This document shows positions 6,142 to 15,589 of a stretch of 24,000 nucleotides of DNA, piece after piece. The stretch lies in NCBI GenBank assembly GCA_964502345.1, contig CAZCWH010000006.1, positions 1,684-25,683 on the forward strand, given 5' to 3'. This DNA is from an uncultured Candidatus Saccharibacteria bacterium. Lineage in GTDB: Bacteria; Patescibacteriota; Minisyncoccia; Phycocordibacterales; UBA918. The notes beneath the pieces were generated by a model that worked only from the letters and a program-made list of their open reading frames with translations, ran no database searches and was not told the origin of the DNA. Position numbers and translations under genes: made by a program. How positions within the stretch are numbered: the first letter of the stretch is position 1; every line of letters starts with the position of its first letter.

Positions 6142-7233
6142 ATGGCATTTGACCTATCAAAACTCAAGTCGGTCCTCAAGATGGACATCGCGAAGCCGGT
6201 AAAAAAAGCCGTGGTGGGTGTTGATGTGGGCTCCTCATCAATCAAGGTAGTACAGCTCTTTGATAGTAAGGGAGTGCCGACACTTGAGACATACGGTGAG
6301 TTGCAACTTGGCCCGTACGAGAACGTCGATATCGGACGCACAACCCATCTTCAAGCAGTGAAGCTTACCGAAGCATTTGTCGATATTTTGCGTGAGTCAT
6401 CGGTAACGGCTAAAGATGTTGCACTCGCAGTTTCATATAGTGGTAGTTTTACTTCAATTATTCCGATTCCTACCACAAATACAGCCCAAATTAGCGCCAT
6501 GGTACCGGTGGAGGCTCGAAAATACGTTCCTGTTCCACTTATTGAGGTGACACTCGATTGGTCACCGGTTTCATCGCTTTCTGATAAAGCTGAGACCAAG
6601 GTGCTTCTCATCGCAATTCATAATGAGGTTCTTAAGAAGTACGACATCATGGTTAAAGGAGCAGGACTGAACCCTGCCTTAAATGAAATAGAGATGTTTA
6701 GCTCAATTCGTTCGGCAGTTACTCAGGAAGACGACGTAGTCGCAATCATTGATATTGGCGCTGGCTCGACGAAAGTATATATCGCAGTGAAGGGGGTAGT
6801 TGCAAAGACACACAGTGTACTCATGAGTGGAGTCGAATGCACGAATGCGCTCTCACGCGCGCTTGCGGTAGATTTCAAAAATGCAGAAGAAATGAAACGC
6901 AGATTAGGGTTGCAGGGGACAACGGATGATCCGCGCGTTACAAAGGCTCTTGCCGAGATACTTGAGCGAGGATTCCGTGAGATTCATAAGGTCATGCGGC
7001 GTTTTGAAGAGACCGATGGTGTCGAGATACAGAAAGTTATCCTGAGTGGAAGCGGCTCACTCCTGCGCGGCATTGATTTATATGCACAAGATATGTTTTC
7101 AAAACCCGTAGTGATTGCTGATCCATTTTCTAAAGTTGCATATCCAGCATTCCTCGAAGATACACTCAAAGAGGCAGGCCCATCTTTCACGGTCGCTGTT
7201 GGTGCTGCCCTCCGTGCACTCATGGCCGAGTAG
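6142..7233 (+). CDS. pilM: Type IV pilus assembly protein PilM (actin-like ATPase fold)
   Basis: 363 aa. Contains VGVDVGSSSIKVVQL and AIIDIGAGSTKVYIA phosphate-binding motifs of the actin/FtsA-like fold. It sits first in the pilMNO arrangement. Confidence 0.85.
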   Translation: MAFDLSKLKSVLKMDIAKPVKKAVVGVDVGSSSIKVVQLFDSKGVPTLETYGELQLGPYENVDIGRTTHLQAVKLTEAFVDILRESSVTAKDVALAVSYSGSFTSIIPIPTTNTAQISAMVPVEARKYVPVPLIEVTLDWSPVSSLSDKAETKVLLIAIHNEVLKKYDIMVKGAGLNPALNEIEMFSSIRSAVTQEDDVVAIIDIGAGSTKVYIAVKGVVAKTHSVLMSGVECTNALSRALAVDFKNAEEMKRRLGLQGTTDDPRVTKALAEILERGFREIHKVMRRFEETDGVEIQKVILSGSGSLLRGIDLYAQDMFSKPVVIADPFSKVAYPAFLEDTLKEAGPSFTVAVGAALRALMAE

Positions 7234-7289
7234 CAATGTCCACACCTACTCTCAGTCATCCCGTCTGCTCGTGACGTATAATATGCAGG

Positions 7290-8009
7290 ATGGCAGAATC
7301 ACCACGTTCTTCGTTTATACCTAGACAGTCAAGTACTGCAATTCCTGCAAAGATGCAGCGAAGGAGAACATTTAGTGTGTTCAATTTTCTTGCGTCGGTA
7401 ATCCTTATTGCATCGCTCATTGCCGCAGGGGGTGCATATTTCTATAAGGGAGTAGCTGAGAAGAAGCTCGTTGAAGCACAACTCAAACTTAAGGCAGAGA
7501 GTGAGAAATTTGGTATTGAAAAACTCAATGAAGTTCGTGACTTTAATCGACAACTGCTCGCCGTAAGGTACCTACTCGACCACCATATTGCACCATCCAA
7601 GATTTTTGATGCACTAGAACTTGATACACTTGGGAGCGTACAGTTCATGGAATTTACGCTTGAGTATGATCCTGAGGTAAATGACGTGCTCCTCACCGTA
7701 CTCGGCGGTACAGAAGAATTCAAGACGGTTGCACTTCAGGCACTCAAGTTTAGTGAACAGCCACTTCTCAAGGACGCCTTCTTTACCGAACTTGGATCAA
7801 AAGAAGTAACAAGTAATGAAATTGGAGTTAGTGGTACTAATGACCAATTCGAGCATGAGGTCAATTTCACTGTTGCCGGCAAAGTCCCAAGTGAATTGCT
7901 TGTGTACGGTGGAACGGAAGCAACACAAGCCGTAACAGAGGGAGTGATGGAGGCAGAGACCGTCGAAGAAGTACCGCAAAGTCCAGAGACCGTCAGTAGC
8001 CCAATTTAA
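7290..8009 (+). CDS. PilN-like bitopic membrane protein (by topology and position)
   Basis: 239 aa with a basic N-terminus, a single TM helix (FNFLASVILIASLIAAGGAYFY) and a coiled-coil segment. It lies directly after pilM. The start is uncertain; ATG 7353 is an alternative. Confidence 0.5.
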   Translation: MAESPRSSFIPRQSSTAIPAKMQRRRTFSVFNFLASVILIASLIAAGGAYFYKGVAEKKLVEAQLKLKAESEKFGIEKLNEVRDFNRQLLAVRYLLDHHIAPSKIFDALELDTLGSVQFMEFTLEYDPEVNDVLLTVLGGTEEFKTVALQALKFSEQPLLKDAFFTELGSKEVTSNEIGVSGTNDQFEHEVNFTVAGKVPSELLVYGGTEATQAVTEGVMEAETVEEVPQSPETVSSPI

Positions 8010-8011
8010 AT

Positions 8012-8578
8012 ATGTTTAGAACCATTACACCAATATTCTCAGTCGTGCTTGCAATCGCTATGTACTTCTTTTTTACGGGCGATATATTTACTGAAATTAA
8101 AACCATTCAAGCCGAGACCACTGAATATGAGGTTGCTGTGCAGAAAGGAATAGAGTACAACCAAAAGCTTGAGTCATTACTTGCTACCAAACGTTCATTT
8201 AGTCCGCTTGATTCAGAGCGCGTCGCCACACTTGTTCCAACAGACCTTGATGAAGTACGTGTCCTTGTTGATCTAGAAGCGATGGCACAAACACATAAGA
8301 TGCTCCTCGGGAATATCGAGGTGGAAAATGGGGAAGTGATTTTAGCGGGAGTCGAGGAGGGCGTATCAAGTACCGAGGTGGGGATGCGAGATTTTGCCTC
8401 AGCTGACATATCATTTGGTCTCATTGGTACGTATGACCAGTTCAGAGCGCTGCTAGCAGATATTGAGAAGAGCCTTGTACTTATGGAAATAACTAACATT
8501 GATTTCATAGCGACTGAAGGAAGTCTTCAACAGTTTGATGTGACTATCCGTGTATATTCGCTACTGTCAGCAGTGTAA
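8012..8578 (+). CDS. PilO-like bitopic membrane protein (by topology and position)
   Basis: 188 aa with an N-terminal TM helix (ITPIFSVVLAIAMYFFF), a coiled coil, then a ferredoxin-like-sized C-terminal domain. It starts 2 nt after the preceding gene. Confidence 0.5.
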   Translation: MFRTITPIFSVVLAIAMYFFFTGDIFTEIKTIQAETTEYEVAVQKGIEYNQKLESLLATKRSFSPLDSERVATLVPTDLDEVRVLVDLEAMAQTHKMLLGNIEVENGEVILAGVEEGVSSTEVGMRDFASADISFGLIGTYDQFRALLADIEKSLVLMEITNIDFIATEGSLQQFDVTIRVYSLLSAV

Positions 8579-8587
8579 TACTTACCT

Positions 8588-8887
8588 ATGTCAAATTTAC
8601 TTAAAAACCTTCTCTTTGCACTCGGACTCGCACTCTTGCTGTGGTTGGGGTACGTCCTTTTCCTTCGAGATACTGAAGAAGCACTCATCACTGCAACTGG
8701 AGAAGGAATGTCAGCAGAAGCTGCTGTAAAAACACAGGAATTTATCGTTCGACTCAACGAGCTTGATCGCATGCGACTGGATACTTCGGTTATTACTGAC
8801 TCTCGTTTTATGTCACTGGCTAATTTTAGGCAGCCGATTACTGATGAACCATCTGGACGAAACAATCCATTTGCCCCACTGCAGTAA
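8588..8887 (+). CDS. Small single-pass membrane protein, unknown function (pilus-locus accessory)
   Basis: 99 aa with an N-terminal TM helix (LLFALGLALLLWLGYVLFL). It is tightly packed between the pilO-like gene and pilB. Confidence 0.45.
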   Translation: MSNLLKNLLFALGLALLLWLGYVLFLRDTEEALITATGEGMSAEAAVKTQEFIVRLNELDRMRLDTSVITDSRFMSLANFRQPITDEPSGRNNPFAPLQ

Positions 8888-8904
8888 GTAGTGGAGTACA
8901 TTGA

Positions 8905-10776
8905 GTGAATATGAATCTTCTTGCACTCCTAGAAGAAAAAAAGGTTATTGATAAGGAGGTCGCCTCGCGTGTTGAGGTGTATGCTCGTGAGCATAATGTT
9001 TCATATGAGCGCGCACTTCTTGAGGATGGTTTTGATGAAGAGGTGATTCGTACAACGGTGAGCGAGTATTTTGAACTTCCTCCGCGCACGATACCGGAAA
9101 ACGAAAAGATTGACCCTATGGTACTCAGGTATTTGCCTGAGGAGTCTGCTCGACACTATGGGATTATTCCGCTTCGCATGGAGGATGGAGTACTTGAGGT
9201 CGGTATCACCGATCCTGAAGATCTTTCGTTTCGCGATGCACTCAATTTTATCACTTCAAAACAGCAACTTCCGTATCGCCTCGCATACATTCTCGAACAA
9301 GATTTTGAACACGCAATGCACTCATACGAAAACCTCACCGGCGAGGTTGATGAGGCTCTTGTAGACCTAGAAACTGAACTCGAAGAAGATATTGCGGAGA
9401 AGACCGAAGAAGCGAAAAAAGATCAGCGGAAAGGTGACGGAGTGGAACATATCAAGGAAGATGCTCCGGTAACTAAGATTGTTGCCACGATACTCAGATA
9501 TGCTGTTGATGGTTCGGCGTCAGATATTCATATTGAACCAACAGAGAAGAAGGTGGTCGTACGTTTCCGTGTTGATGGGATACTCGAAAATAGCCTCGAA
9601 CTTCCTTTCAAAGTCCACCTTGCAGTTGTTGCACGTATTAAAATTCTAGCTTCGCTCAGGCTCGATGAGAAGCGTAAGCCTCAAGACGGTCGTTTTTCAG
9701 CATCGATTGATGGAAGACAGATAGACTTCCGTGTTTCAATTCTTCCAACGAGTCATGGTGAGAAAGTGGTAATGCGTATTCTCGATACCGAAACAGGTGT
9801 ACGTACACTTGAAGACACCGGTGTATCAAAGTACAACATCGAGCTCATTAGGAAAGCTATTGCTCAGCCATACGGTATCATCCTCATTTCAGGACCGACA
9901 GGTTCAGGTAAGTCGACAACCTTGTATGCGATGCTCTCAGAGGTTGATCGTGTCGGGAAGAACGTTATTTCACTCGAAGACCCGGTTGAATACAGTATTG
10001 AAGGAGTAAGTCAGTCGCAGATGCGTCCTGAGATTGGATACACGTTTGCAAACGGGCTTCGCACTGCACTTCGTCAGGACCCCGATGTCATCATGGTGGG
10101 GGAGATTCGTGATAAGGAGACAGCACAACTCGCTATTCAGGCGGCGCTTACTGGTCACCTTGTGCTGTCAACAATTCACACAAACAATGCTGCGGGAGTT
10201 ATACCTCGCCTCATTGATATGGGTGTGGATCCGTACCTTATCGCACCAACTCTCCAGTTAGCCATTGCTCAACGTCTTGTACGACGTATTTGTCCAAACT
10301 CCGGAAGAAAAGTACCTGTAGAAGGTGGTATTAAAATGATGCTCGAACATGAGTTTGATGGGCTTCCTGAAAAATATAGGACAAACATCCCGAAATTTGA
10401 GTCTATTCTCTACGCTGAGCCAACCGCTGAATGTTCAAATGGAACCAAAGGTCGTGTTGCGGTTATGGAAGCAATACAGATTAACGATGAAATCCAAAAG
10501 CTTATTCTCAGCAACTCCACTGAAGAGGAAATATTGAAGACTGCACGTAGGAACGGCTTTATGAGCATGAAGGAAGATGCAATCATTAAGGCGCTTGAGC
10601 ACTCCATTCCATTTGAGGAGATCAGTACTCTTGGAGGTGCACTTCTTATGTCAGATGAGGCTGAAGAAGAGGCAAAGGTCCCTGTAGAATTAACAGAAAC
10701 AGAAAAACTTGAGGCAGAGGGGATTGAAGTAGCAGATCCAACGCCTGTCGATAACCAAGAGATTCCGAAGTTTTAA
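8905..10776 (+). CDS. pilB: Type IV pilus extension ATPase PilB (GspE family)
   Basis: 623 aa. Has a T2SSE N-terminal domain (LPEESARHYGIIPL), Walker A GPTGSGKST, Asp box SLEDPVEY, Walker B DPDVIMVGEIRD and His box TGHLVLSTIHTNNA. The start is GTG 8905 or ATG 8911. Confidence 0.95.
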   Translation: MNMNLLALLEEKKVIDKEVASRVEVYAREHNVSYERALLEDGFDEEVIRTTVSEYFELPPRTIPENEKIDPMVLRYLPEESARHYGIIPLRMEDGVLEVGITDPEDLSFRDALNFITSKQQLPYRLAYILEQDFEHAMHSYENLTGEVDEALVDLETELEEDIAEKTEEAKKDQRKGDGVEHIKEDAPVTKIVATILRYAVDGSASDIHIEPTEKKVVVRFRVDGILENSLELPFKVHLAVVARIKILASLRLDEKRKPQDGRFSASIDGRQIDFRVSILPTSHGEKVVMRILDTETGVRTLEDTGVSKYNIELIRKAIAQPYGIILISGPTGSGKSTTLYAMLSEVDRVGKNVISLEDPVEYSIEGVSQSQMRPEIGYTFANGLRTALRQDPDVIMVGEIRDKETAQLAIQAALTGHLVLSTIHTNNAAGVIPRLIDMGVDPYLIAPTLQLAIAQRLVRRICPNSGRKVPVEGGIKMMLEHEFDGLPEKYRTNIPKFESILYAEPTAECSNGTKGRVAVMEAIQINDEIQKLILSNSTEEEILKTARRNGFMSMKEDAIIKALEHSIPFEEISTLGGALLMSDEAEEEAKVPVELTETEKLEAEGIEVADPTPVDNQEIPKF

Positions 10777-10800
10777 TGAGTATAATGAAGCTTACACACT

Positions 10801-11199
10801 ATGAAAATTCTTCTTGTTGATGATGATGAGTTTCTTCGCGACATGTACGCCACGAAATTTGGTGAGGATGGACATACTGTGCATGTAGCACAGAATGGAC
10901 CTGAGGCACTCGGGATAATGGCTAATGAGCGTTTTGATGCCGTGCTCATGGATGTAATTATGCCTGGAATGACAGGAGTTGAACTTCTAAAAAAGATTAA
11001 AGAATCAGGTCTCTCGTATAGTCCTACATGTATTGTGCTCTCAAATCAGGGCGAGCAACACGATATCGATGATGCAACACAGGCAGGTGCTCACGGTTAC
11101 ATTATTAAAGCGGAAATGATCCCGAGTGAAGTCGTGGAAAAGGTTAAGAGTATAGTCCTGGGTAATACACCGAGCGCACCAACATATGGCAACAGTTGA
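10801..11199 (+). CDS. Stand-alone response regulator receiver domain (CheY/PilH-like)
   Basis: 132 aa. Has the acidic pocket LLVDDDE, the phospho-acceptor context AVLMDVIMPGMTG, a conserved Ser in CIVLSNQG and Lys in GYIIKAEM. There is no output domain. Confidence 0.85.
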   Translation: MKILLVDDDEFLRDMYATKFGEDGHTVHVAQNGPEALGIMANERFDAVLMDVIMPGMTGVELLKKIKESGLSYSPTCIVLSNQGEQHDIDDATQAGAHGYIIKAEMIPSEVVEKVKSIVLGNTPSAPTYGNS

Positions 11200-12256
11200 T
11201 TATAAAAGAGAATTAGAGGATCTCATTGATATCGTTATTACTGAAAACGGGTCTGATATCCATCTTTCACTTAATTCTCATCCAATCATTCGTGTCGCGG
11301 GAGCACTCATTCCACTCATTAAGAAGCCAATTTTAAATACGAACGATCTCACGGGATTTTTGCGTGTACTCCTTACTAAGGAGAAGGAGGCAAAATTTAT
11401 GGAGACAAGCGAAATCGACTTCTCGTTCGCTGCTCAAAAGGGAGTACGGTTTCGAGGTAACTGCTTTTTTCAGAAAGGGTCTATCGCGATTGCGCTTCGA
11501 CATATTCCGAGTAACGTTCGTACGTTTAGCGAGCTCATGCTCCCACCAATACTTGAGACATTTACACAGAGACCACAGGGATTTTTCCTTTGTGTGGGGC
11601 CGGTAGGACAGGGAAAGTCCACAACACTCGCCGCCATGGTTGATCTGATTAACTCAACACGCGCAGAGCACATTGTGACAATCGAAGATCCTATCGAGTA
11701 CATTTTTGAACCTAAAAAATCTCTTGTTGAACAACGTGAAGTGGGCCTTGATACAGCAGATTTTTATACTGGCCTCCACTCCGCATTCCGACAGGACGTA
11801 GACGTCATCATGGTGGGTGAGATGCGTGGTCATGAAACTATCAGTACAGCCGTAACCGCTGCAGAAACAGGTCACCTTGTGTTCTCGACACTCCACACAA
11901 ATAATGCTGCACAAACTCTCGACCGTATCATTGATACATTTCCTGCAGAGCAGCAAGATCAAATCCGTACCCAGCTTTCGGGCTCACTTGCAGCAATCTT
12001 CTCGCAACGACTCATTCCACGTATCTCAGGAGGTCTTATTCCAGCCTACGAGCTCCTCATAAATAACTCTGCAGTCGCAAATCTTATCCGTGAGAGGCGG
12101 ACACATGAAATTCAGACAGTCATTGAGACTGGGCTAGAACACGGTATGATAGATATGAACCGCTCGCTCGTTGAACTTGTTCAGAAAGGAGAAGTCACTG
12201 TCGAGAACGCCTTTGCGTATTCAACAAATCCAAAAGGTCTTGAACGTTTGATGTAA
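11186..12256 (+). CDS. pilT: Type IV pilus retraction ATPase PilT
   Basis: 356 aa. Contains GSDIHL, Walker A GPVGQGKSTT, TIEDPIEY, DVDVIMVGEMRG, TGHLVFSTLHTNNA and AANLIRE-type motifs. Confidence 0.93.
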   Translation: MATVDYKRELEDLIDIVITENGSDIHLSLNSHPIIRVAGALIPLIKKPILNTNDLTGFLRVLLTKEKEAKFMETSEIDFSFAAQKGVRFRGNCFFQKGSIAIALRHIPSNVRTFSELMLPPILETFTQRPQGFFLCVGPVGQGKSTTLAAMVDLINSTRAEHIVTIEDPIEYIFEPKKSLVEQREVGLDTADFYTGLHSAFRQDVDVIMVGEMRGHETISTAVTAAETGHLVFSTLHTNNAAQTLDRIIDTFPAEQQDQIRTQLSGSLAAIFSQRLIPRISGGLIPAYELLINNSAVANLIRERRTHEIQTVIETGLEHGMIDMNRSLVELVQKGEVTVENAFAYSTNPKGLERLM

Positions 12257-12267
12257 TAACAACACAT

Positions 12268-13476
12268 ATGCTCTTCTCATATAAAGCAATTGATCAGTCG
12301 AGCACCCCACGTGAGGGGACTGTTGAAGCGAAGAATACTGAGTCTGCGATTCAGACGGTACAAGACCGCGGGTACACTATTATTTCAGTTGAGCCACTCA
12401 ATGAAAAGAAGTCAGCACTCAATATTGAAATCAAGTGGTTTGAACGTGTTTCAAATAAGGAGGTGGTGATTCTGTCGAGGCAGATATCAACGCTCTTTGA
12501 GGCACAGGTATCAGCGCTCCGTGTGTTTAGGTTACTTGCGGCAGAAACAGAAAATCCAAAATTGCAGCGCATCATGACCGAAATCTCAGACGATTTGCAA
12601 GGAGGAAGTTCGATTTCAAGGGCACTTGCGAATCACCCTGATGTATTTACACCTTTTTACGTAAGCATGGTCCGCTCAGGCGAAGAATCAGGTACGCTCG
12701 AGCAAGTGTTTGCGTACCTTGCAGATTATCTCGACCGAATGTACCAGGTAGTCTCAAAGGCTCGGAACGCACTCATCTACCCAGGGTTCGTGATTTCGAT
12801 ATTTATTGCCGTGATGCTCCTTATGCTTACTCTGGTTATTCCACGCATCAGTGAAATTCTCACAAGCTCAGGACAAGAAATTCCAATTTATACAAAAATC
12901 GTCATCGGTCTTTCTGATTTCTTTGCGAATTATATTGGTCTCATAGCGATAGCAGTTGCGCTCATTGGAATTGTGTTCTGGCAATTTATGAAGACTGCAG
13001 TCGGACGCCGTGCTGTTGATGAGTTTAAGCTCAAGATTCCAGTCATCGGAGATCTCTATGAAAAATTGTTTTTGACACGTATTTGCGACAACCTTTCGAC
13101 AATGCTTTCCTCAGGTATCTCAATGGTACAGGCACTTGAGATTACCGCTGAAGTTGTTGATAATGCGGTGTATCGGGAAATCATTGAAGATACCGTCGTT
13201 GATGTAAAAGGAGGGAAGTCGTTTGCTGACTCTATTTCTGAATATCCAGAGATTCCAGGTGTGCTCGCACAAATGAGTAAGGTTGGAGAGGAAACAGGTA
13301 AGCTTGGAGACATTCTCAGCACACTCTCAACGTTCTACCGACGTGAAGTAAACAATTCTGTTGATACACTCATTTCGCTCATTGAACCAGCCATGATTGT
13401 GCTTCTCGGTCTTGGGGTAGGAACACTACTCGCTTCTGTGCTTATCCCAATTTATAACATCACGGGCTCTATATAG
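12268..13476 (+). CDS. pilC: Type IV pilus platform protein PilC (GspF family)
   Basis: 402 aa. Shows the duplicated T2SSF domain architecture with three TM segments and a typical C-terminus (EPAMIVLLGLGVGTLLASVLIPIYNI). Confidence 0.9.
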   Translation: MLFSYKAIDQSSTPREGTVEAKNTESAIQTVQDRGYTIISVEPLNEKKSALNIEIKWFERVSNKEVVILSRQISTLFEAQVSALRVFRLLAAETENPKLQRIMTEISDDLQGGSSISRALANHPDVFTPFYVSMVRSGEESGTLEQVFAYLADYLDRMYQVVSKARNALIYPGFVISIFIAVMLLMLTLVIPRISEILTSSGQEIPIYTKIVIGLSDFFANYIGLIAIAVALIGIVFWQFMKTAVGRRAVDEFKLKIPVIGDLYEKLFLTRICDNLSTMLSSGISMVQALEITAEVVDNAVYREIIEDTVVDVKGGKSFADSISEYPEIPGVLAQMSKVGEETGKLGDILSTLSTFYRREVNNSVDTLISLIEPAMIVLLGLGVGTLLASVLIPIYNITGSI

Positions 13477-13500
13477 ACGTATGAGGGGCAGTATAAAAAA

Positions 13501-13530
13501 CTGAGCTACCGTAGGTGGCTCAGTTTTTTA
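13501..13530 (+). terminator. Rho-independent terminator after pilC
   Basis: CTGAGCTACC (13501-13510) pairs with GGTGGCTCAG (13514-13523, one G.T), followed by TTTTTTA. An A-run precedes the stem. Confidence 0.65.
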
Positions 13531-13619
13531 TACACACATGAAGGCCAAAACCTACTGAAACCTCGTATAATGGTAGGTAACCACACTACGTGGAGTAATA
13601 TATTACTTATTTATAATTT

Positions 13620-14051
13620 ATGATGAACAATAATACATACAAACGAGGTTTCACACTCATCGAGCTCCTCGTAGTGATCGCCATCATCGGTATCCTTGCA
13701 TCCGTTGTACTCGCGTCACTAAACTCAGCTCGCGATAAGGGTGCAGATGCAGCTGCAAAGTCTTCAATGAATAACGCTCGAGCGCAGTCAGAGTTGTACT
13801 ACGATGACAATGCTCGAACATACACAACTGTATGTACAGCGGGTACTAACAACATTTCACCATTGCTTGATGCAGCCGATGCTGCAGTTACAGCTGCAGA
13901 TGCTTGTTTTGATACTGCCGCGGGTTGGGCAGCATCAATCGACCTCAATGCAACTGGAGCAGCAGGTTGGTACTGCGTTGATAGTACAGGATTCGGAGGT
14001 ACACTTGCAGCTGACCCTGCAATTTCGGACGCAAACCTTACTTGTCTATAG
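13620..14051 (+). CDS. Type IV pilin (probable major pilin)
   Basis: 143 aa. Prepilin signature KRG/FTLIELLVVIAIIGILASVVL (class III signal peptide with Glu5). The C-terminal domain has four Cys, giving two potential disulfides. Confidence 0.9.
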   Translation: MMNNNTYKRGFTLIELLVVIAIIGILASVVLASLNSARDKGADAAAKSSMNNARAQSELYYDDNARTYTTVCTAGTNNISPLLDAADAAVTAADACFDTAAGWAASIDLNATGAAGWYCVDSTGFGGTLAADPAISDANLTCL

Positions 14052-14066
14052 AAGTACGCTATACAC

Positions 14067-14096
14067 AAAAAAACGCCCTCAGGGCGTTTTTTTGTT
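14067..14096. terminator. Bidirectional rho-independent terminator between the convergent pilin genes
   Basis: AAAAAAACGCCC-TCA-GGGCGTTTTTTT gives a GC stem flanked by complementary A and T runs. Confidence 0.75.
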
Positions 14097-14124
14097 GTAT
14101 TACCTCAACACCACTTTTTACACA

Positions 14125-14610
14125 TCAGAAGCGAGAAGTACATAATGTTGTAGCATTTGCGGCATACCATACAGCACATCCATACGGTCCAGGGCCACGG
14201 GTAACACTACAATAGTTGCTCCCGCCCTTATCTTGTTCTGTGTTTACGGCGAGCAAAATTGATTTTCTATCTGCTGAGACGCAGTAATAATAGTGTGTTG
14301 CAGCTTCAGGTGGAACGCTTGTCATAAACTGTGTTGAACTGAAGAAACTCGGTTCAATTCCACTGAGGTTTCCTCCAGTATTTACGCCAGCAACACCAAA
14401 ATATGGATATACTCCATCGGTTGTAAAGTATAATTCTAATGCCTTAAGTACTTCTTGGATTTGAGTTTTTCGAGCAGCGTCCCGTCCTTTTGTTCGCGAA
14501 TCTTGAACAGACATAGCAACGATACTTGCAAGTACTCCAATAATTGCCATCACTACAAGTAACTCGATAAGCGTAAATCCAAGTGTTTTATAAAAGTTTT
14601 TGACAAACAT
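14125..14610 (-). CDS. Type IV pilin (second pilin, opposite strand)
   Basis: Prepilin signature MFVKNFYKTLG/FTLIELLVVMAIIGVLASIV. I place the start at ATG 14610 rather than the TTG at 14628 used by the ORF track. The C-terminal domain has four Cys. Confidence 0.88.
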   Translation of the reverse strand: MFVKNFYKTLGFTLIELLVVMAIIGVLASIVAMSVQDSRTKGRDAARKTQIQEVLKALELYFTTDGVYPYFGVAGVNTGGNLSGIEPSFFSSTQFMTSVPPEAATHYYYCVSADRKSILLAVNTEQDKGGSNYCSVTRGPGPYGCAVWYAANATTLCTSRF

Positions 14611-14767
14611 AAGTAGATCAACACACAATTATACCTTTTTTTGTTTGAATTACGCTTCTTTTTCGGGTAACAAGAGCATTCATACATGTCAGATCAGCTG
14701 ATGTACATAGATTGGTAGTGATGGATATTTTTCTCGCCACCTGTTCGGATAAGGTACAATAATGTGA

Positions 14768-15589
14768 ATGGAACTATATTGGTTTGTTATTGTCTTTGTA
14801 TTCGGTGCCATCATTGGCAGTTTTCTTAATGTGGTTATCTATCGCCTTCATACCGGAAGGTCTCTCAATGGTCGTTCACACTGTATGACCTGTGGGACTC
14901 ATCTGAGATGGTTTGAACTCTTTCCTGTTTTTTCATATGTAATACTTCTTGCGAAGTGTCGTTATTGTAGGGCTTTTATTCCGAGCCGGTATCTGCTCGT
15001 CGAAATGCTCACAGGGATCTCATTTGTCCTTTTATGGCAAAGCATGAGTCATAATCTAGTACTCTTTGGACTCTATGGAGGTCTCATCTCAACACTCATT
15101 ATTATTCTCCTCTATGATATTCGGCATACCATAATCCCGGATGAACTCACGGTCATTGTGGGAATTTTCGCGCTTGTGATACTTGGATACGAGTATGTCG
15201 AGTATAGAGACCTCGCGACACTCATTTACGATGTACTTGGTGGTATGTCAGCAGGTCTTTTCTTTGCGGGGCTCTGGTACGTTTCAAGAGGGAGGTGGAT
15301 TGGTTTAGGGGATGCAAAGCTTGCGCTCCCTTTGGCAATAATAGTTGGATACAACCAAGTGTTTTCGATGGTTGTGCTCTCGTTTTGGGTTGGTGCGATA
15401 GTTAGTCTCACAATCTTATCTTTACAGCATCTGCTTGAAAGGTGGAAAACACACTTACCTTATCTCACGCAAACCATTACAATGAAGAGTGAGGTTCCCT
15501 TTGCCCCCTTTCTTATCGCGGGATTCTTGCTCGCCCACTTCTTTCATGCGGATATCTTCGACATCACTAACAGCCTCTTATTCTTCTAA
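14768..15589 (+). CDS. pilD: Prepilin peptidase / N-methyltransferase PilD (peptidase A24)
   Basis: 273 aa polytopic membrane protein. Has an N-terminal CxxC...CxxC motif (CMTCG...CRYCR) and conserved Asp contexts (YDIRHTIIPD and GLGDAKL). Confidence 0.9.
   Translation: MELYWFVIVFVFGAIIGSFLNVVIYRLHTGRSLNGRSHCMTCGTHLRWFELFPVFSYVILLAKCRYCRAFIPSRYLLVEMLTGISFVLLWQSMSHNLVLFGLYGGLISTLIIILLYDIRHTIIPDELTVIVGIFALVILGYEYVEYRDLATLIYDVLGGMSAGLFFAGLWYVSRGRWIGLGDAKLALPLAIIVGYNQVFSMVVLSFWVGAIVSLTILSLQHLLERWKTHLPYLTQTITMKSEVPFAPFLIAGFLLAHFFHADIFDITNSLLFF

Noticed and set aside
14693-14702. 10-bp palindrome ATCAGCTGAT in the divergent pilin/pilD promoter region
   Set aside because: It is short, occurs once, and contains a common restriction-site-like core (CAGCTG). 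That is not enough to call an operator.
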